DNA of 64,000 bases from an uncultured Lachnospiraceae bacterium (GTDB lineage: Bacteria; Bacillota; Clostridia; Lachnospirales; Lachnospiraceae). The notes under the pieces were generated by a model, which saw nothing but the letters and a program-made list of their open reading frames with translations, was not told the origin of the DNA and did not search any database. A program made the position numbers and the translations under genes. Where the stretch lies: assembly GCA_958349535.1 (NCBI GenBank), contig CATWDJ010000003.1, forward strand, positions 103,261 to 167,260. The letters are read 5' to 3'. Below are positions 58,588 to 64,000 of this stretch, one piece after another. Position 1 is the stretch's first letter. Every line of letters begins with the position of its first letter.

Positions 58588-59181
58588 ATGAGAAAGAAGT
58601 CGCATATTTCATTAGCCAGAGATATTGTCCGTCATACGGATGATGAGGAGTTAAAAGAGCATAAGTGGGCTTTCTATTTAGGAAGTATCCTGCCGGATAT
58701 TAAGCCGTCATTTTTCTATCGCAAACACGAGATATCAGAAACATTTGACAAAGTCAAAGAAGAGATTAAGATTCTGTCGGAACATCGGCAGAAGAAAAAG
58801 GGACAGAAGAGAAAATATTACCGAAATCTCGGACAGGTTACCCATTATATCGCGGATTATTTCACGTTTCCACATAACAAGATTTATCCGGGTGGATTTA
58901 AGGACCATTGTTCCTATGAGGAGAAGCTGAAGCTGAGGCTGCGGGAATATCTGAAGAACGGACAAGCGTATAGAGAAAAGATAAAACAGCATGAATTTAT
59001 AGATTCGGATGCGATTTGTGACTTTATTGAAAAAAGCCACGAGGAATATTTAAAACGAAAGATTGATATCGATGAGGATATCAAACATATTGTATCATTA
59101 AATCACCAGGTGGTAGAGGGGATTAAACAACTGGCTCAGAAGAGCAGGACGAAGCATGAACTTAGAAGAAGAGATGCTTGA
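58588..59181 (+). CDS. Hypothetical His-rich protein, possibly zinc-dependent phospholipase C-like family
   Basis: 198 aa from MRKKSHISLARDIV. Multiple conserved His/Asp (HKWAFYLGSILPD, HYIADYFTFPH). GGAGG SD. Family assignment from memory only. Confidence 0.3.
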   Translation: MRKKSHISLARDIVRHTDDEELKEHKWAFYLGSILPDIKPSFFYRKHEISETFDKVKEEIKILSEHRQKKKGQKRKYYRNLGQVTHYIADYFTFPHNKIYPGGFKDHCSYEEKLKLRLREYLKNGQAYREKIKQHEFIDSDAICDFIEKSHEEYLKRKIDIDEDIKHIVSLNHQVVEGIKQLAQKSRTKHELRRRDA

Positions 59182-59204
59182 GCGGTTGTTACAGGAAGAT
59201 GTCA

Positions 59205-60056
59205 ATGAATATGAATATTAATTTTCCACATTTGAATATTTATCTGGAACATGTGGGAAATAGCTTTACAATTTTCGGAATATCCATCGCATATTACGGC
59301 GTTATTATTGCTATTGGTATGTTGGCGGGTATTCTGATGGCTACATATGAAGCCAAGAGAACCGGACAGAATCCTGAAGATTATTTTGATTTAGCAATCG
59401 TTGCCATTATTTTTTCTATTATTGGAGCGAGAGCTTATTATGTAATCTTTTCGTGGGACAAATACAAAGATAATCTGCTGAACATATTTCAATTACGGCA
59501 AGGCGGATTGGCAATCTACGGAGGTGTAATTGCTGCAATTATTACAACTTTAGTTTTTGCGAAGATTAAGAACCTTTCTTTTCCAAGGCTGGCAGATACT
59601 GCTGGACTAGGATTGATTCTGGGGCAGATAATAGGAAGGTGGGGAAACTTTTTCAATCGCGAGGCCTTCGGTGGATATACAGACGGACTTTTGGCAATGC
59701 AGATTCCGATGGATGCTGTAAGAGACAGCAGTGATATCACAGCGGAAATGCTAGAACACATTGTGAAAGTGGGAGGAATTTCATATATTCAGGTACATCC
59801 GACATTTTTGTATGAATCACTATGGAACCTGGCTATTTTAGGAATCTTACTGATAGTAAGACGCCGTAAAAAATTCGAGGGAGAAGTTTTTCTGTTGTAT
59901 TTAATCGGATACGGTATAGGACGTTTTTGGATAGAGGCATTGCGGACAGATCAATTGCTGATTCCATCAACGACCATAGCGGTGTCACAGGTGTTGGCAG
60001 CAGTGCTTGTGGTTGTATCTACAGTGATACTGTTGGTATCCAGAAGAAAACATTAG
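59205..60056 (+). CDS. lgt: Prolipoprotein diacylglyceryl transferase
   Basis: GGLAIYGGVIAA and GRWGNFFNREAFG signature. Multi-TM. Start among three clustered ATGs (59199/59205/59211). Confidence 0.85.
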   Translation: MNMNINFPHLNIYLEHVGNSFTIFGISIAYYGVIIAIGMLAGILMATYEAKRTGQNPEDYFDLAIVAIIFSIIGARAYYVIFSWDKYKDNLLNIFQLRQGGLAIYGGVIAAIITTLVFAKIKNLSFPRLADTAGLGLILGQIIGRWGNFFNREAFGGYTDGLLAMQIPMDAVRDSSDITAEMLEHIVKVGGISYIQVHPTFLYESLWNLAILGILLIVRRRKKFEGEVFLLYLIGYGIGRFWIEALRTDQLLIPSTTIAVSQVLAAVLVVVSTVILLVSRRKH

Positions 60057-60091
60057 TGGTATGGTTTTTTGGAAACTAAGGAGCGGTACAA

Positions 60092-60262
60092 ATGCAAGAA
60101 AGAGACATATTGCGGGAAGAGATTGAGAGAGCAAGAAGAAGATTAGATGCTGCCCTGGAAAACGGGACAGATGTGGATGAATACTATCGAATCAGTGTGG
60201 AGTTAGATAAAAAGATAGAAGTTTACATTGATTTTTGCGAAAAAGAACAGGTAAATGTTTAA
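60092..60262 (+). CDS. Spo0E-like small regulatory protein (56 aa), absent from the ORF track because it is under 60 aa
   Basis: MQERDILREEIERARRRLDAALENGTDVDEYYRISVELDKKIEVYIDF: two-helix Spo0E-like pattern with the S-x-E-L-D motif. AAGGAG SD 8 nt before the ATG. Confidence 0.5.
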   Translation: MQERDILREEIERARRRLDAALENGTDVDEYYRISVELDKKIEVYIDFCEKEQVNV

Positions 60263-60344
60263 AATAGACGAAAGAAAACAGAAAAAAAGCAGAGAATGGT
60301 AAATTCGCCATTCTCTATTTTTTTGCCTAAAAACCCTTGATTTT

Positions 60345-60435
60345 TGGGTGGCTGTGGGGTAAAATGGTTATAAAAGTGGAGGAAAGTGGTAAAAGGTGGC
60401 ATAAAGTGGTGGATAAGTTGATAACTTTGTGGATA
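60345..60435 (+). promoter_or_regulatory. MraZ operator: array of GTGG(G) direct repeats with 10-bp periodicity upstream of mraZ
   Basis: GTGG at 60348, 60354, 60376, 60386, 60396, 60406, 60429. Four repeats are exactly 10 bp apart. Confidence 0.65.
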
Positions 60436-60465
60436 ATCACAGAAGTGCCAGACAGGTGAGTTCTT

Positions 60466-60897
60466 ATGTTCATGGGAGAATACAATCACACAATTGATGC
60501 AAAGGGCAGAATGATTGTTCCGTCCAAATTCAGAGAACTTTTGGGCAACGAATTTGTTGTGACAAAGGGCTTGGACGGCTGTTTGTTTGTGTATCCCAAT
60601 GAAGAATGGAAGAACATTGAAGAAAAGTTTCGCACTGTACCGCTTACCACAAAAGATGCCAGAAAATTCTCCAGATTCTTCTTTGCAGGAGCAGCAACCT
60701 GTGAGGTGGACAAGCAGGGTAGAATCTTGATTCCACCGGTGCTGAGAGAATTTGCGGACATACAGAAGGATGTTGTATCTGTGGGCGTGTTGAACCGAAT
60801 TGAAATCTGGAGCAAAGACAGATGGGTGGACAACAATACCTATGATGATATGGATGAGATAGCAGAACATATGGCAGAGTTGGGCTTGAGTATTTAA
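60466..60897 (+). CDS. mraZ: Transcriptional regulator MraZ
   Basis: 143 aa. [21 protein letters not shown] and second DKQGRILIP half-site of the duplicated MraZ fold. Confidence 0.92.
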   Translation: MFMGEYNHTIDAKGRMIVPSKFRELLGNEFVVTKGLDGCLFVYPNEEWKNIEEKFRTVPLTTKDARKFSRFFFAGAATCEVDKQGRILIPPVLREFADIQKDVVSVGVLNRIEIWSKDRWVDNNTYDDMDEIAEHMAELGLSI

Positions 60898-60909
60898 CAG
60901 GAGGCATGC

Positions 60910-61854
60910 ATGGAATTCCGGCACAAATCAGTACTTTTAGAGGAAACCATTGAAAATCTGAATATTAAACCGGATGGAATCTATGTGGATGGAACATTAG
61001 GAGGAGCAGGACATGCCTATGAGGTTGCTAAAAGACTGACAGAGGGCGGACGGCTGATTGGGATTGACCAGGATGCAGATGCCATTGCAGCAGCCAGCCA
61101 GAAATTGGAACCGCTGAAGAACAGGGTAACCATTGTAAGAAACAATTACTGTAATATGAAAGAAGAGCTGCAAAAGCTGGGGATTTCCGGTGTAGATGGA
61201 ATCCTTTTGGATTTGGGAGTATCCTCTTTTCAACTGGACACACCGGAGAGAGGATTTACTTACCGGGAAGAGGATGCACCGCTGGATATGCGGATGGATC
61301 AGAGAAACAGCCGGACGGCAAAGGATATTGTAAATCAGTACAGCGAAAAAGAACTTTATCGTATTATCCGGGATTTCGGAGAAGACCGGTTTGCCAAAAA
61401 CATTGCAAAGCATATTGTGGCGGCAAGACAGGAAAAAGAGATTGAAACAACCGGAGAACTGACAGAGATTATCCGGGCGTCCATTCCCAAAAAGGTACAG
61501 GCAGCAGGAGGACATCCGGCGAAGAGAACCTTTCAGGCAATTCGGATTGAGTTAAACCGGGAACTGGAAGTTTTACAGGATACGTTAGATGAAATGATAG
61601 AACTTTTAAATGAGGATGGAAGAATTTGCATTATTACCTTCCACTCATTAGAGGATAGAATCGTAAAAACTATTTTTAAGAAAAATGAAAATCCATGTAC
61701 CTGTCCAAGTGACTTTCCGGTCTGTGTATGTGGAAAAAAATCCAAAGGGAAAGTCATAAGCAGAAAACCGATTTTGCCAAAGGAAGAGGAGTTAGAGGAA
61801 AATTCCAGAGCGAAGAGTGCAAAATTACGTGTTTTTGAAAAGCACTGTGAGTAA
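60910..61854 (+). CDS. rsmH: 16S rRNA (cytosine1402-N4)-methyltransferase RsmH
   Basis: [30 protein letters not shown] motifs. Confidence 0.93.
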   Translation: MEFRHKSVLLEETIENLNIKPDGIYVDGTLGGAGHAYEVAKRLTEGGRLIGIDQDADAIAAASQKLEPLKNRVTIVRNNYCNMKEELQKLGISGVDGILLDLGVSSFQLDTPERGFTYREEDAPLDMRMDQRNSRTAKDIVNQYSEKELYRIIRDFGEDRFAKNIAKHIVAARQEKEIETTGELTEIIRASIPKKVQAAGGHPAKRTFQAIRIELNRELEVLQDTLDEMIELLNEDGRICIITFHSLEDRIVKTIFKKNENPCTCPSDFPVCVCGKKSKGKVISRKPILPKEEELEENSRAKSAKLRVFEKHCE

Positions 61855-61886
61855 CAGGAAGGTGCGGAAGGGAAAAGGTGTTGTAG

Positions 61887-62363
61887 ATGGCGAGTAAAAG
61901 GATGTACACGTTTGTAGACGGCAACACGGTACGCAAGGCAGAGGAGGTACCGGATTACCGAAGAGAACAGAGAGAACGGGAAAGAGAAGAAGTCCGAAGA
62001 AGAAACCGCAAAGCAGCAAGAAGAAATCAGGAGCGGGAACTGCGGATGAACCGTGGTTATCTGGTGTTTTTATCTATCGCTGTGGGAATTACCTGTCTGG
62101 TTTCAGCGGCATACATACAGCTCCAGTCGGATATTACCACACATATGAAGAATATCTCAGCATTGGAGAGTGAGATTGCAGATTTAAAGACAGACAATGA
62201 TACCACCTTAAAGAGAATCAATACCTCTGTGGATTTGAACCAGATTAAGGAAAAGGCAATTGGAGAACTGGGCATGGTATATGCTTCACAGGATCAGGTT
62301 GCTTATTATAGTATAGAAGATACGGACTATATGACACAGTATAGCGATATTCCGGCAAAATAA
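61887..62363 (+). CDS. ftsL: Cell division protein FtsL-like (single TM, coiled coil)
   Basis: Arg-rich N-terminus, one TM (YLVFLSIAVGITCLVSAAYI), position between rsmH and a PBP in the dcw cluster. Confidence 0.6.
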   Translation: MASKRMYTFVDGNTVRKAEEVPDYRREQREREREEVRRRNRKAARRNQERELRMNRGYLVFLSIAVGITCLVSAAYIQLQSDITTHMKNISALESEIADLKTDNDTTLKRINTSVDLNQIKEKAIGELGMVYASQDQVAYYSIEDTDYMTQYSDIPAK

Positions 62364-62381
62364 AGTGAAGCAGGTGGCGTT

Positions 62382-64000
62382 TTGACAGCAAAGAGAAAAA
62401 AAGAGCTGGCAAAATTTCCGATTCGGATGCGGAAAAAGCTGGTAGTTACATTTGGGATGATTACAGTTCTTCTGGTGGCATTGATAGGAAGACTGATGTA
62501 TATTGAAGCGAGCAGCGGCGAAAAGTATGAGAAAATCGTACTTTCCCAGCAGGAGTATGACAGTACGATTCTGCCTTACCAGAGAGGAGATATCGTGGAT
62601 GCCAAAGGTACGGTGCTGGCGACCAGTACAGATGTTTATAATGTGATTTTGGATTGTAATGTTCTTACCAGTAAAGAGGATTATATAGAACCAACTATTG
62701 ATGCATTGACGGAGTGTTTTGAGGAACTTTCCTCTGAGGAATTACATCAGTTGGTAGAGGAAAAGCCGGGCAGTCAGTATAATAAATTATTAAAAAAACT
62801 TCCATATGACCGGATTCAGAAATTTGTAGAAATGCAGAACGATACGGAAGGACATCCTTATATCAAAGGTGTCTGGTTTGAAAAAGAGTATCTTCGCAGC
62901 TACCCATACGGTTCTCTGGCAGCATCAGCCATTGGATTTACCACTTCGGGAAATGTGGGAATCGGAGGTCTTGAAGATTCCTATAATGACGTACTGAACG
63001 GTGTAGACGGAAGAGAATACGGATATTTAAATAGTGATAATAATTTTGAAAAAACAGTAAAAGAACCCGTCAACGGACAGAATATCATGACCACCATAGA
63101 TGTGAATATACAGTCGGTTGTGGAGGAAAAGATAGAAGAATTTAACGAGGCGTACAGGGATGCGGCTTATGAAGGTGCCGGAAGCAAGAATACTGGAGTT
63201 ATTGTAATGAATCCACAAAATGGAGAGATTCTTGCCATGGCAAATTATCCTACCTTTGATTTGAACAATCCAAGGGATTTAAGTGCTTCTTATAGCCAGG
63301 AAGAAATAGATGCAATGAGCGAAGAGGAGCAGTTGGATGCCCTCAATGACATTTGGGAAAATTTCTGTATTACCTACACATACGAACCGGGTTCTACCGT
63401 AAAACCTCTTACGGTAGCCACCGGTTTGGAAACCGGAACCTTATCGGGAGAAGAGAGTTATTACTGTGACGGTTATGAGTGGGTAGGCGGACATCAGATA
63501 CACTGTGTAAACAGAAACGGTCACGGACAGTTGACCATAGAACAGGCAATTATGGCATCCTGCAACGATGCATTAATGCAGATGTCTTATTCCATTCAGA
63601 AAGAAAATCTGATTGATTATCAGAAGATATTCGGTTTTGGACAAAAAACAAATATTGATTTACCGGGGGAGGCCAGAACCGACACCCTGGTATATACTTT
63701 AGATACCATGGATGATGCTTCTTTAGCCACTAACTCCTTTGGTCAGAACTTCAATGTCACCATGGTACAGATGGCAAGTGCCTTCTCCTCCTTAATCAAT
63801 GGGGGTGATTATTATCAGCCCCATATGGTAAAAAAAATCATGGACGAAAATGGAAACGTCATGGAAGATATACAGGGAACGGTATTAAAGCAGACCGTTT
63901 CAAAGGAAACCAGTGACCAGGTAAAGGAATATCTTTATAAGACGGTTTCCGACCCTGCAGGAACCGGAAAAACAGCCAAGGTTGCCGGTTATTCCATGGG
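62382..64000 (+). CDS. ftsI: Penicillin-binding protein (FtsI/PBP2B-like transpeptidase), 3' end beyond the window
   Basis: N-terminal TM then PBP dimerisation domain. Active-site STVKP (SxxK) at about 63395. Open to the window end. Start is either TTG 62382 or ATG 62427. Confidence 0.8.
   Translation, partial: MTAKRKKELAKFPIRMRKKLVVTFGMITVLLVALIGRLMYIEASSGEKYEKIVLSQQEYDSTILPYQRGDIVDAKGTVLATSTDVYNVILDCNVLTSKEDYIEPTIDALTECFEELSSEELHQLVEEKPGSQYNKLLKKLPYDRIQKFVEMQNDTEGHPYIKGVWFEKEYLRSYPYGSLAASAIGFTTSGNVGIGGLEDSYNDVLNGVDGREYGYLNSDNNFEKTVKEPVNGQNIMTTIDVNIQSVVEEKIEEFNEAYRDAAYEGAGSKNTGVIVMNPQNGEILAMANYPTFDLNNPRDLSASYSQEEIDAMSEEEQLDALNDIWENFCITYTYEPGSTVKPLTVATGLETGTLSGEESYYCDGYEWVGGHQIHCVNRNGHGQLTIEQAIMASCNDALMQMSYSIQKENLIDYQKIFGFGQKTNIDLPGEARTDTLVYTLDTMDDASLATNSFGQNFNVTMVQMASAFSSLINGGDYYQPHMVKKIMDENGNVMEDIQGTVLKQTVSKETSDQVKEYLYKTVSDPAGTGKTAKVAGYSM

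Noticed and set aside
60259-60924. 221-aa ORF on the minus strand
   Set aside because: It completely overlaps mraZ (60466-60897, strong family match, SD present) and the MraZ operator on the opposite strand. It has no SD and a low-complexity translation, so it is a spurious antisense ORF.

Overview
This 64 kb window looks like a chromosomal segment from a low-to-moderate GC Firmicutes/Clostridia genome (Lachnospiraceae-like gene content and codon use). All but three of the supported genes are on the + strand.

In order, the window contains:
- A GltD-family Fe-S flavoprotein (5' partial), then a type II topoisomerase B/A pair (topo IV-like parE/parC) fused directly to a folate operon: folC, folE, an HD-domain hydrolase, folP and folB-folK.
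- A hybrid sensor histidine kinase split by a -1 frameshift in an A7 tract, a HAD hydrolase and a CPBP protease.
- Glutamate synthase gltB-gltD with a TnrA/GlnR-like box upstream, a Cof-type HAD hydrolase and corA.
- A roughly 17 kb Wzy-dependent surface-polysaccharide locus (24.0-41.1 kb) with a divergent XRE regulator.
- An accessory islet (Rpn-like nuclease, VanZ, ABC-class ATPase).
- groES-groEL with CIRCE, an MBL hydrolase, DegV, a MATE transporter with a divergent LysR regulator, purA, an HD-GYP phosphodiesterase, a SEC-C protein, a T-box-controlled thrS, a DUF1540 protein, lgt, a Spo0E-like small protein, and the start of the dcw cluster (mraZ-rsmH-ftsL-pbp).

The polysaccharide locus is the most unusual part. 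It carries:
- A CpsB-like phosphatase, a Wzz co-polymerase, a BY-kinase, a degenerate GH3-like membrane protein and an LCP ligase.
- A class-B sortase with a putative substrate carrying an SDKTG sorting motif.
- A priming glycosylphosphotransferase, a GT2 and a B12-binding radical SAM enzyme.
- A low-GC variable module encoding a LicD / IspD-like / SDR set (putative CDP-ribitol / ribitol-phosphate pathway), a second GT2, Wzy, Wzx and an O-acyltransferase.

The conserved and variable halves of this locus meet at a 290-bp intergenic element bounded by 25-bp inverted repeats (24/25 identical), with a perfect 16-bp palindrome inside. This is a candidate invertible (phase-variable) switch or MITE-like element.

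No rRNA, tRNA or CRISPR arrays were seen.
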